Shown: one piece after another, positions 18,856-27,160 of the stretch
Position numbering within the stretch: the stretch's first letter is position 1
How the letters are laid out: every line of letters begins with the position of its first letter
Sequence record: MZ574431.2
Length of the DNA stretch: 64,000 nucleotides
Direction: 5' to 3' (one strand)
The notes under the pieces: model-generated
What the model was told of the DNA's origin: nothing
Seen by the model: only the letters and a program-made list of their open reading frames with translations
The model's database searches: none
Translations under genes and position numbers: made by a program

Positions 18856-19515
18856 ATGCCCCGCACCGTCACCAAACAGGTCTACAAGTTCACCGAACTG
18901 AGCGACAAGGCCAAAGCCAAGGCCGTCGAGTGGTATCGCGAGCTTGAGATGCAAGAAACCGGCTGGTGGGATTACGTCTATGAAGAGGCCGACCGCATCG
19001 CCGACGCCTTCGGGATCACGCTCAATCGCAGCGAAGCCGGCAAGCCCATGTCCGGCCCCGACATCCTGTTCAGCGGCTTCTACAGCCAAGGCGACGGCGC
19101 CTGTTTCCAAGGCCGCTACGCCAGCCCCCAAATCCCGGCCGTGGAGGGCTTCGCCGCCCTCGGGATCGAAGACGACAACCTCAAGGCCCTCGCCGTGCGC
19201 CTGGACGCTCTGAGCGCCAAGACCGGCGGACGCCTGACGACCGTGGTTCGCCACAGCGGTTACTATTATCACGAGTATTGCACCGCCTTCGAAACCGAAC
19301 TGACCGACCCTGAAGACGGTTCGGACTTCGACCCCTACGCCTATGACGTGGAGGATGAAAAGGAACTGGTCGACATCCTGCGCCGGTTCATGAAGTGGAT
19401 TTATCGTCAGCTTGAAGAGGCCGATGAGGCCCGCCTGTCTGACGAGACGATCACCGAAGCCCTCGCCGACTCCGACTACGAGTTTGAGGCCAGCGGGGCG
19501 CCGACCAGAGACTAG
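18856..19515 (+). CDS. conserved-looking phage protein
   Basis: VYKFTELSDKAKAKA and FSGFYSQGDGACF motifs; after promoter 18800. Confidence 0.85.
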   Translation: MPRTVTKQVYKFTELSDKAKAKAVEWYRELEMQETGWWDYVYEEADRIADAFGITLNRSEAGKPMSGPDILFSGFYSQGDGACFQGRYASPQIPAVEGFAALGIEDDNLKALAVRLDALSAKTGGRLTTVVRHSGYYYHEYCTAFETELTDPEDGSDFDPYAYDVEDEKELVDILRRFMKWIYRQLEEADEARLSDETITEALADSDYEFEASGAPTRD

Positions 19516-19705
19516 GCCAAGACGGCGCCCGGCCCTCCCGCCGGGCGCCGATCGTGGTTAACGCCGTGTCGGGTTTTTGTAACCTTAACCCTCTGTTAAG
19601 GTTAATGAAAAAGGCCCTTTCCGTTAACCACGAATAATGCGAGAAAGCTGTTGACACGCATCGCAGCCCCATGCGACAAAGGGCCATCGCAACGGGAGAC
19701 ACCCC

Positions 19706-19993
19706 ATGACGAAACAAGCCCCAAAGCGCCGCAAGCGCTACCCGCCCAAGAGCGACGCGGCCAAGGCCCGCGCCGCCGCCAAGAGCAAGGCGTTTTTCGC
19801 CCGCCACGCCCTCAAGGCCACCGAGGCGGCTATCGCCGCCATGGCGGCGGGCGATCAAAAGGCCGTCCAACGCCACGCCAAGGACGCCCGGCGCCTCAAT
19901 CGCTGGATGTGCCACAAGCGCGACATCGCCGCCGCCTTCAAGGCCGTGTTCGACATCCGCGCCGCCGCTCAAGCCCTGCGAACCGCCGCATGA
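19706..19993 (+). CDS. basic Ala-rich hypothetical protein
   Basis: GGGAGACACCCC-ATG leader. Confidence 0.85.
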   Translation: MTKQAPKRRKRYPPKSDAAKARAAAKSKAFFARHALKATEAAIAAMAAGDQKAVQRHAKDARRLNRWMCHKRDIAAAFKAVFDIRAAAQALRTAA

Positions 19994-20205
19994 TCCGCCG
20001 CCCCGCCCTCATGACCTGCATCGCCGGCGCCGCCCTCATCCTGTCGGGCGTGGCCGTTTCGGCCGCCAGCGCCCCGGAAAAGCGGGTTCTCGTCGGTCAA
20101 TACTGCGACGGCGACCCCGTGCGCCTCTATGGCCTGGAGGACGGCGAGGAAGCCGCCCAAGCCTGCGCCATCGTCGAGGTCCACGCCCTGCCGAAAGGAC
20201 TCTGA
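19990..20205 (+). CDS. small protein with N-terminal signal-like segment
   Basis: ATGA overlap; MIRRPALMTCIAGAALILSGVAVSA. Confidence 0.7.
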   Translation: MIRRPALMTCIAGAALILSGVAVSAASAPEKRVLVGQYCDGDPVRLYGLEDGEEAAQACAIVEVHALPKGL

Positions 20206-20207
20206 CC

Positions 20208-20666
20208 ATGCCCGGACATCCCGCCTTCGATCTTGATGAGCGCGAAGCCGCCGCCGTCATTGCCGGCCTGCGCCTGCTGCAACGCATCGGCGTGCCGGTC
20301 GAGCTAGAAGACGTCGCCACCAACGGCGGCGCCTTCGACGTGCTCGATGACACCGCCATCGACGCGCTCTGCGAGCGCATCAATCTGGACCTGACCACCA
20401 CGCCGCCGCCCGTGCTGATCGAGAGCCGCGAGGAGCCGGTTCGCGTCGAGGACCTCAAGGGCGGCATGATGTGCGACCTTGAGGGCGACATGTTCGCCGA
20501 CAACGCCGGCCGTTACCCCGAATTCGAGTTCGCCTATGCCGTCGTTGTCGAGGTGCAGGTCAACCCGAAGGGCGAGCCGCCTGGAACCGTGATCGTCGAG
20601 TTCGACAAGATCACCGTGGCCTTTCCCATCGGCCACACCCTGCCGACCATCAAGGACCCGCAATAA
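20208..20666 (+). CDS. hypothetical early protein
   Basis: AAGGA SD. Confidence 0.8.
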   Translation: MPGHPAFDLDEREAAAVIAGLRLLQRIGVPVELEDVATNGGAFDVLDDTAIDALCERINLDLTTTPPPVLIESREEPVRVEDLKGGMMCDLEGDMFADNAGRYPEFEFAYAVVVEVQVNPKGEPPGTVIVEFDKITVAFPIGHTLPTIKDPQ

Positions 20667-20747
20667 AACGCAAGAAAGCTGTTGACAGCATAATCAGCCT
20701 ATGCGAGAAAGGATCGTCAAAGGCGATCCCGCCTCGTGGAGACACCC

Positions 20748-21092
20748 ATGAAACTGGTCAAGTCCAACATCATCGACAACCACCGCATGACGGCGCTGCG
20801 CAACTGCATCACCGTCGCCATCGAGCGCTTTCAAGAGCACGTCGATGAGATGAAGCCGGCCGCCGAGCAATACGAGGCCGCCGACGACGCGGGCAAGAAG
20901 GCCCTGGAAGCGGCCACGCCCATGGTTCACCCTCGCGTCTATCGCCAGCTTTCCGACCAGTTCGAGGGCCAGATCGAAGAAGCCCGCAAGCTGCTGGACT
21001 GGCTGGACGGCGACGCCTACCAAGACGCCTCGGGCGAGTTCCCCGAAGGCACCGATTTCGTCGTCGTCGCCGGCCTCGTCCGCGACTACTGA
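20748..21092 (+). CDS. hypothetical early protein
   Basis: GGAGACACCC-ATG leader. Confidence 0.85.
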   Translation: MKLVKSNIIDNHRMTALRNCITVAIERFQEHVDEMKPAAEQYEAADDAGKKALEAATPMVHPRVYRQLSDQFEGQIEEARKLLDWLDGDAYQDASGEFPEGTDFVVVAGLVRDY

Positions 21093-21099
21093 CCAAGCC

Positions 21100-21126
21100 A
21101 AGGCCCGCCTCACCGGCGGGCCTTTT
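21100..21126 (+). terminator. intrinsic terminator
   Basis: AAGGCCCGCC/GGCGGGCCTTTT. Confidence 0.85.
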
Positions 21127-21268
21127 CCTCGCCAGCCCACGTTAACCTTAACGCCGCGTTAGGGTTAACGGCGGGCCGGTTTTCGTTAACCAAAGAAAAT
21201 GCAAGAAACCTGTTGACTGACATCTTGGTTCTATGCGACAAAGGCCCATCACCAACGGGAACGCTCCC

Positions 21269-21667
21269 ATGACCCAAGACCTGACCACCGAAGAACGCAA
21301 CGCCAAGCTCGCCGAAATGGCCGATCACTGGCGCGAGCAACTCAAGGTCGCCCAGGCTCGCCTTGACATGACCGTGCTGGTCGGCAAGGGCTTTATCTGC
21401 GCCCTGGACCGCGATCAATCGATGGCGATCCGCGCCGATGGTCCCGACCGCTATCGCCTGTGGCCGGTGTCGGCGCACCTGACCCACCTCCTCCACTTCA
21501 CCAAGCTTGACGCCATGCGGGTCGCCGCCCATTGGAACGCGCGCCTCCCCGACGACAAGCAAGACCTGCGAGTGAGCGCCATCCACTACCGCGACGCGCT
21601 CAAAACCTTCGTGGAAGTGGCCAAGTCGCAAATCGCCTGGATCGAAGGCGGCTGCAAGGCGGCCTGA
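21269..21667 (+). CDS. hypothetical early protein
   Basis: GGGA SD after promoter 21213. Confidence 0.8.
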   Translation: MTQDLTTEERNAKLAEMADHWREQLKVAQARLDMTVLVGKGFICALDRDQSMAIRADGPDRYRLWPVSAHLTHLLHFTKLDAMRVAAHWNARLPDDKQDLRVSAIHYRDALKTFVEVAKSQIAWIEGGCKAA

Positions 21668-21883
21668 TCTTGACGCCCTCCGGCTCCGGCCGGAGGGTTA
21701 ATTTTTGGCCAGCCTGCATTAACCTTAACGCGCAACCGTTCTCAGGTTAACCTTAACGTGAAAACGGTTGCAGGTTAACCTTAACCCCGCCCGCCCAGGC
21801 CTTAACCAAACCTCGCGAGAAAACTGTTGACTCGCATCGAGGCCCCATGCGACAAGGTGACATCGACAACCGGAGGCCCTTCC

Positions 21884-22540
21884 ATGGCCAGCCCTGAAGA
21901 CATCGCCACCGTCCAAGCCGCCGCCGTCTCTTTCGACCTGGAAGCGTGGGAAGCGGAAAAAGGCGAGTATGCCGAGGCTCATTGGCGTTATCTGAACTAC
22001 GCCTTTGAAATCGAGACCTATTCGCACATGTTCAGCCAAGCCGAACGCGACGCCGCGCGCCGTCTCATCGAAGAATATGAGACCGCCCAGACCGACCATC
22101 AAGGCACCTATGTTGACGAGAGCGCCGCGCTCATCGCCAGCGCCGACGCCTTCACCCGCCAATATATCGCCAGCGCCCTTTGGACCGGCGTCGAGTTGCC
22201 CTATGGCGACGACCGCGCCGACAGCGGCGGCGCCTATGACCTCGAAGAGGATTCGATCATCCCCGCCACGCTGCGCGACATGATCGAAGATTGCGCCACC
22301 TTCCAACGCGACAACGCCGACACCCTGGCCAAGGCCTATGAGTCGGACGTGTATATTCAAGGCGAGCGCTACAACGCCAGCAACGCGGGGCACGATTTTT
22401 GGCTGACCCGCAACGGCCATGGCGCGGGCTTTTGGGATCGCGGCCTAGAAGAGGTCGGCGAGGCCCTGACCAAGGCCTGCAAGGCGTTCGGGGAATACTA
22501 TCTCGCCATGAGCGACAACGGCGAAATCTCCAAGATGTGA
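21884..22540 (+). CDS. hypothetical protein with AGHDFWLTRNGHGAGFWDRG motif
   Basis: GGAGG SD; paralog of 13903..14304. Confidence 0.85.
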   Translation: MASPEDIATVQAAAVSFDLEAWEAEKGEYAEAHWRYLNYAFEIETYSHMFSQAERDAARRLIEEYETAQTDHQGTYVDESAALIASADAFTRQYIASALWTGVELPYGDDRADSGGAYDLEEDSIIPATLRDMIEDCATFQRDNADTLAKAYESDVYIQGERYNASNAGHDFWLTRNGHGAGFWDRGLEEVGEALTKACKAFGEYYLAMSDNGEISKM

Positions 22541-22545
22541 CGATC

Positions 22546-22573
22546 AAGGCCCGCGCTTGACGCGGGCCTTTTT
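22546..22573 (+). terminator. intrinsic terminator
   Basis: AAGGCCCGCG/CGCGGGCCTTTTT. Confidence 0.85.
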
Positions 22574-22700
22574 CTGCCCCGTCCGGGTTAACCTTAACGC
22601 CGGGCGACTTTCCGTTAACCGAAGAAAATGCAAGAAAGCTGTTGACTCGCATCTTCGTTATATGCGAACTTGACGACATCGGAAATCAAGGAACGCCGAC

Positions 22701-23075
22701 ATGGCTAAGACCGAAACCGTCGACCTCGCCCTGGTCATGCTCGATGAGAGCAAGGCCGCCAAGGGCGCCCCGCGCGCCTTCACGTTCGGCGAAGTCCGCG
22801 AGGCCTTCACCGACGCGCACGCCTTGACGTTGCTTCAAGCGCGCTTGCGCCAGATCAACGAAAACGAGTGCAACGGCTATCGCGACGAAACCGCCGAACG
22901 CCTGGACGCGCGCCGCGAGGAGCGCGCTAAGGCCGCCGTCGCCGAGATCGCCAAGCGCTACGGCCTGACCTTCCATTTCAACGGCGATCCGCGCGGGTCG
23001 GCGCTGAAGCTGAAGACGCCTCACACCGGCCGTTATAACGGCTTTGGCGGCCGTGAGGATGGTTGGGCCGTCTAG
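22701..23075 (+). CDS. hypothetical early protein
   Basis: AAGGA SD; ENECNG and NGDPRG motifs. Confidence 0.85.
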   Translation: MAKTETVDLALVMLDESKAAKGAPRAFTFGEVREAFTDAHALTLLQARLRQINENECNGYRDETAERLDARREERAKAAVAEIAKRYGLTFHFNGDPRGSALKLKTPHTGRYNGFGGREDGWAV

Positions 23076-23143
23076 GCCCAACTTGACGCCGCTTCACCCC
23101 CTGTAACGCGTCCCCTTCCACCCCTAGGCCTTGGAGACACACA

Positions 23144-23353
23144 ATGGCCCGCACTGCCGATCACACCACCGCCGACCGTACCCGCGCCCCTCGCGACCTC
23201 GCGCCGTGGGAACTCGACGCCGAACGCCGCCGCGCGCGCAAGGCTTCCAAGTCCTGGCGCGCCGAACGCAAGGGCGTGCGCTCGATGGGCGACTATGCCC
23301 AGGGCGACGACATGCGCACCCTCGCCGATGGGGCCGATTTCTACCCGAACTAG
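23144..23353 (+). CDS. hypothetical early protein
   Basis: GGAGACACACA-ATG. Confidence 0.75.
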   Translation: MARTADHTTADRTRAPRDLAPWELDAERRRARKASKSWRAERKGVRSMGDYAQGDDMRTLADGADFYPN

Positions 23354-23455
23354 GGCGCGCCCTGGCCAGCGAAAAAAAGTGCCGTCAACGCAAGAAAGGC
23401 GTTGACGGCATAATCGCCATATGCGACAAAGGCTCATCGGCAACGGAGACACGCC

Positions 23456-23650
23456 ATGACCTTCCACCACAACCTGATGAGCAAGCTGGACGCGGCCCAA
23501 ATGGCGGGCGAAATGACCTACGCCCAACACGCCGACATGCGCGCCACGCTGCGGGCCTCCAACATGCGCGGTCAAGTCTTCACCTCGATGGATGAACTGC
23601 GCAAGGCCTGCAAGGGCGCCGGTCGCGACTTCCAAGGCCGGTTCGCCTAA
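23456..23650 (+). CDS. hypothetical protein, duplicate of 24341..24535
   Basis: 53 of 64 aa identical to the paralog. Confidence 0.9.
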   Translation: MTFHHNLMSKLDAAQMAGEMTYAQHADMRATLRASNMRGQVFTSMDELRKACKGAGRDFQGRFA

Positions 23651-23666
23651 GACCCCCTCCCCTGAG

Positions 23667-23692
23667 AGGCCCGCCCTAGAGGCGGGCTTTTT
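23667..23692 (+). terminator. intrinsic terminator
   Basis: GCCCGCC/GGCGGGC plus T5. Confidence 0.85.
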
Positions 23693-23880
23693 CTTGGCCG
23701 TTAGCCTACCGTTAAGGTTAACCCCCAGGCCCTCTGGGGTTAACCCTAACGCCGCGTTAAGGTTAACCCCGGCGGCCCAGGCCTTAACCATGACAAGGAA
23801 AAAAGATCGCTTTCCTGCGAGAAAGCTGTTGACCGCATAAAGGCGATATGCGACAAAGGGTCATCAACGGAGCAAGTCCA

Positions 23881-24051
23881 ATGTCCTTCCGCCTCGCCCT
23901 TACCGAAGACGCCCGCTTCACCGCCGCCCGTGGCGCGGTCCGCACCGTCCGCGAGCAAGCCCGCCCGGCGCCGCACAAGGACATTGACGGCAAGGCCCTG
24001 CTGGCGCCCGCCTCGGCGCTGGACCGCATCCGCGCCGTTCTCGGGAACTGA
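23881..24051 (+). CDS. hypothetical early protein
   Basis: GGAG SD after promoter 23829. Confidence 0.75.
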   Translation: MSFRLALTEDARFTAARGAVRTVREQARPAPHKDIDGKALLAPASALDRIRAVLGN

Positions 24052-24054
24052 GTC

Positions 24055-24246
24055 ATGAAGGTCATCGCGCACTATGCCAACGGCCTGCAACGGGTCATCC
24101 CCTGCGAGACCTCGCAAGAGGCTGTGGCCGCGATCAAGGCGGCTCTGACCTATGATCGCGCCGCCAAGTTCACGCTTGACAAGCGCCTTGCCTCGGCGAT
24201 CCCGACCCGCGCCGCCTCCGAACGGGTTTGGCTGTTGAGCGCGTGA
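24055..24246 (+). CDS. hypothetical early protein
   Basis: Follows previous stop by 3 nt. Confidence 0.75.
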   Translation: MKVIAHYANGLQRVIPCETSQEAVAAIKAALTYDRAAKFTLDKRLASAIPTRAASERVWLLSA

Positions 24247-24340
24247 GGGCGATCGAAAAAAGATCGCCTCACCGCAAAAAACCTGTTGACTCGCATAAGG
24301 CCCCTATGCGATAAAAGGTCATCGGCAACGGAGACACGCC

Positions 24341-24535
24341 ATGACCTTCCACCACACCATGATGAGCAAGCTGGACGCGGCGATGATGTCGGGCGAACTG
24401 ACCTACGCGCAACACAGCGACATGCGCGCGGCCCTCCGCGCCGCCAACATGAGCGGCCAAGTCTTCACCTCGATGAACGAGCTTCGCGCCGCTTGCAAGG
24501 GCGCGGGCCGCGACTTCCAAGGCCGGTTCGCTTAA
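24341..24535 (+). CDS. hypothetical protein, duplicate of 23456..23650
   Basis: Same CATCGGCAACGGAGACACGCC-ATG leader; 53/64 identity. Confidence 0.9.
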   Translation: MTFHHTMMSKLDAAMMSGELTYAQHSDMRAALRAANMSGQVFTSMNELRAACKGAGRDFQGRFA

Positions 24536-24558
24536 GAGCCGGCAACCTTACTGACCAG

Positions 24559-24584
24559 AGCCCGCCCTTCGAGGCGGGCTTTTT
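24559..24584 (+). terminator. intrinsic terminator ending the early region
   Basis: AGCCCGCC/GGCGGGCT plus T4. Confidence 0.85.
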
Positions 24585-24677
24585 CGTGCGCGCCGCTAAG
24601 GGAGGCTCCAAGGCCGGCGCCCCGGCCGGTATGACCATAAGAAGGTTCCAAGAAAGTATGGCCCTACCAAAAGGGTC

Positions 24678-25092
24678 CAGGGACCCAAGGCCGGGGTTTG
24701 TTGCATTTCTGCAACAGGCCCTCAGGCGCCTCTGAATCACATTGAAAAATCCAGATACCAAAGGTCTCTGAAAATCGAAGGCCCTGTTTTCCGGCCGGCG
24801 ATCGCCTAAATCCAGGACCCCTGTCTCTAAAAATTTTATAAAAAATTCAAGCACTTGGAAAGGGGTCCCTGTTTTCCGGCAGGGTAAAAATAATTCTCAA
24901 GTACCACTTCTAAAAATTTTTTATAAAAATGCAGTTTAAGGTAAAGTACCACTATAAGTTGCATATCCGGCCATTTGCCGGACATTTGCCGGACATGTCC
25001 AGCGCGCACCAGTATCAATGAATTCAAAGGCTTAGGTGAAAAGCTGGACATTTGCCGGACATCATCCGGCCAAATCCGGCCAAATCCGGCCA
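24678..25092. repeat. AT-rich non-coding zone with several repeat families (candidate terminal-repeat boundary or origin)
   Basis: CTAAAAATTTT..ATAAAAA x2 (24827, 24910); CCCTGTTTTCCGGC x2 (24782, 24867); AAGTACCACT x2 (24899, 24944); CATTTGCCGGA x3 (24972, 24983, 25049); ATCCGGCCA(A) x3 (25064-25092). Confidence 0.85.
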
Positions 25093-25105
25093 GAGCCCCA
25101 CAACC

Positions 25106-25438
25106 TTAGCGGATGACACCCGAGGTCATCAGGTCCTGGCAGGCGTCTTCGACCGGCGGCGCGGCGGTATAGGCCTGGGTGTGATCGCGCATCGACAGCG
25201 CCGGCAGGGCGTCCAGATAGAGGCGATTGAACCGCGCGGCCTTGAGCATGTAGTCCTGGGTGAGCGCCGCGCGCCCGACAGTGCCGGCTGGCGCCTCGCA
25301 GACCTTGAGCGCTGCGTCCATCCACTGGCGCTGGGCCAGATTGAGCGCCTCGATCTGGCGATTGTGACGATCCCACGGCGTGGCCAGTATCACGACCACG
25401 ACGATGACGCCAAAGAGGATCACGGAAAGGCGCATCAT
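25106..25438 (-). CDS. membrane-anchored hypothetical protein
   Basis: MMRLSVILFGVIVVVVILATPW N-terminal helix; ATGA overlap. Confidence 0.75.
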   Translation of the reverse strand: MMRLSVILFGVIVVVVILATPWDRHNRQIEALNLAQRQWMDAALKVCEAPAGTVGRAALTQDYMLKAARFNRLYLDALPALSMRDHTQAYTAAPPVEDACQDLMTSGVIR

Positions 25439-25659
25439 CGGTGTCTCATCCAATCGAGCAGCGGCGGCAGGAAGCCGTCATAGAAGGCAAAGACCATCAG
25501 CACCAGGAACACCAGCCACAGCACGATCCCGGCGATGTCGGCCAGCAGGTTGGGCTCCTCGCCCATCGGCTCCCAGCCGGTGCCGTCGCACTCGCCCATC
25601 TGGCAGAGGATGCAGTCCTCGTGGTGGTGGTAGAGGACCTTGTCAGGCTTGGACGCCAT
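25435..25659 (-). CDS. small membrane protein with His/Cys motif
   Basis: HHHEDCILCQMGEC plus hydrophobic C-terminal helix. Confidence 0.65.
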   Translation of the reverse strand: MASKPDKVLYHHHEDCILCQMGECDGTGWEPMGEEPNLLADIAGIVLWLVFLVLMVFAFYDGFLPPLLDWMRHR

Positions 25660-25876
25660 CGTCGTCCTCGTCGTCGGGGTTTTCCTCGTCATAGACGCAG
25701 TCGGGGCAGGTCAGGTCGCCGTCCATGTTCACCCGCCAGCCATTGACCTCCAGTTCGGTCTTGGCCTCTTCCAGCGACAGGGTCAGCGGCCCGCCGGCGC
25801 GGAAGGCCTCCACCGGCTCGCTCTCGGTCTTGCACTTGTCGCACGACACGTCGACCATGGCTCGATCAAACCCCAT
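25643..25876 (-). CDS. small Zn-ribbon-like protein
   Basis: CDKC...CPDC, acidic tail; GAGGAG SD. Confidence 0.7.
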   Translation of the reverse strand: MGFDRAMVDVSCDKCKTESEPVEAFRAGGPLTLSLEEAKTELEVNGWRVNMDGDLTCPDCVYDEENPDDEDDDGVQA

Positions 25877-26447
25877 GGGCCTCACTCCTCTCACTTTCGG
25901 CAAGGTGCGCCAGCACCGTCGGATACCGCTTGGCCATCTCGGCGGCGAACGACTTGGCGTCGATGCGCCCATCGGGCGTGGCGCGCCCGGCCGCCAGCTT
26001 GTCGAGCCGCTCGATCAGCGCGTAGGCGCTCGCCTCGCAGCCGTTATAGTAGGCTTCCATCATCCCGATCAGCGAGTCCAACTCCGAGATCACCTCGTCG
26101 AGGACGCTGGCCTTGACCACCACCATGCGCTCGGCGCGGAACGCGGCTTCCTGCGCCTCGGCCTGCTTGCGCGCCCGGCGCTCCTCGTTGACGGCATGAC
26201 ACACCCGGTCGATCGCCTTGTCAAAGCCGGTGACCTCGGGATGCGACGAGCGCACGTGATCGCGCAGCGGGGCAAACAGGCGATGGTAGTGATAGCCGTC
26301 GCGCTTCCAGGTCTTCTCGCAGAACGGGCAGAACATGCGCCCGCCGCCGGCCATGGCGCTGAGCGCGGTGATCGTGCCGGTCGCCATCGACGGCGGCGCC
26401 TTCAGCATCGCCTGGGCGTGGCGCTGGTAGTCGCAGGCCTCAAACAT
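25866..26447 (-). CDS. hypothetical protein with Zn-finger-like motif
   Basis: CPFC...DHVRSSH. Confidence 0.75.
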   Translation of the reverse strand: MFEACDYQRHAQAMLKAPPSMATGTITALSAMAGGGRMFCPFCEKTWKRDGYHYHRLFAPLRDHVRSSHPEVTGFDKAIDRVCHAVNEERRARKQAEAQEAAFRAERMVVVKASVLDEVISELDSLIGMMEAYYNGCEASAYALIERLDKLAAGRATPDGRIDAKSFAAEMAKRYPTVLAHLAESERSEAHGV

Positions 26448-27156
26448 CGCGGCGCTCCCAGGTGGCGATGACCTCGCGCACCAGGGCGTGCAGCACGTGG
26501 CGGCGATTGCGGTCCATGAAGAGGTATTGGCGTTCGGCCGCGTCCTGGGCCGGCATCGGGCCTAGCAAGAGGTTCTGGCGCGTGACGACGTCATTGCCGA
26601 ACACGAAGTCGGACTTGGCCTCGGCCAGTTGCGCCTGGGCCGCCGCGACCTGGGTCGTCTCATCGGCGCCGGCCGTGGTCTTGAAGCCCACCGCGATCAC
26701 GTCGGGACGGTGGTTCTTGATCTTGCCCAGGAGCTTGGTCGCCGGCGTCAGCCGCATGGTCTGCTCGCCGTGACGGCTTTTCAGGCGCTCGGCGTGAGAC
26801 CCTGACGGCGTCGGCTGCCCATCCTCCAGGATCGTGCCGTTGTAGTCGCACAAGGCCACGTTCATGATCACCACGGCGGTGGCCGGATCATCCAGGATCG
26901 CTTCGAGCCGGTAGTTGACGTCGCGGTTGGTGATCAGCGTGCTTCTGTGGTCGGCCATCTTGGTCAGGTGCAGCTTGACCTCCGGCTGCCCAGGCAGGAT
27001 GAACCCCTCGACCGGGTGGCGCGTCTGGGGCAGGTAGAGATTGAAGAGAGCCGTCAGATCACGCGCCGTTCCGCCAAACGCCCGCGCCGCCAGCGACAGG
27101 TGACTGCGCACGTCGCTGAAGGTGCCGCCGCCCAGGATGTGGATGTTGCCGCGCAT
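26440..27156 (-). CDS. CoaB/Dfp-like (phosphopantothenate-cysteine ligase domain) protein
   Basis: ILGGGT..VR N-terminus, VIMNVALCDY, LTPATKLLGKI, AVGFKT, SDFVFGND line up in order with CoaB motifs. Confidence 0.65.
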   Translation of the reverse strand: MRGNIHILGGGTFSDVRSHLSLAARAFGGTARDLTALFNLYLPQTRHPVEGFILPGQPEVKLHLTKMADHRSTLITNRDVNYRLEAILDDPATAVVIMNVALCDYNGTILEDGQPTPSGSHAERLKSRHGEQTMRLTPATKLLGKIKNHRPDVIAVGFKTTAGADETTQVAAAQAQLAEAKSDFVFGNDVVTRQNLLLGPMPAQDAAERQYLFMDRNRRHVLHALVREVIATWERRDV

Positions 27157-27160
27157 GATC

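Larger units (their letters stand above)
3291..23767. repeat. Dispersed 29-bp palindrome GTTAACCYTAAC-N5-GTTARGGTTAAC containing a CtrA-type YTAA-N7-TTAR site
   Basis: Full copies at 4632, 5870, 8222, 9075, 10803, 13222, 15963, 16919, 17663, 21141, 23739; variants at 3291-3366, 9746-9785, 18592-18630, 19557-19606, 21718-21785, 22586-22620. Confidence 0.88.
2830..24315 (+). promoter_or_regulatory. Family of 24 early promoters, consensus GC(A/G)AGAAAGCTG-TTGAC-(N1-2)-GCAT-N9-ATGC-GA(C/G)AA
   Basis: TTGAC starts at 2830, 3395, 4712, 5965, 7615, 8292, 9126, 9837, 10876, 12290, 13294, 15595, 16063, 16972, 18042, 18800, 19651, 20682, 21213, 21827, 22642, 23402, 23829, 24286; each lies just upstream of an SD and ORF. 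Confidence 0.9.

Noticed and set aside
2270-23767. TTAGGG as telomeric repeats
   Set aside because: Never tandem; always part of GTTAGGGTTAAC and interchangeable with GTTAAGGTTAAC, so it is a binding-site variant
4632-23767. Palindromes as integron attC sites
   Set aside because: Cores read GTTAGGG or GTTAAGG, not GTTRRRY; arms are only 5 bp apart; cassettes have their own promoters; no integrase seen
2830-24584. Early intergenic repeats as a CRISPR-like array
   Set aside because: The intervening sequences are 0.4-3.3 kb protein-coding cassettes
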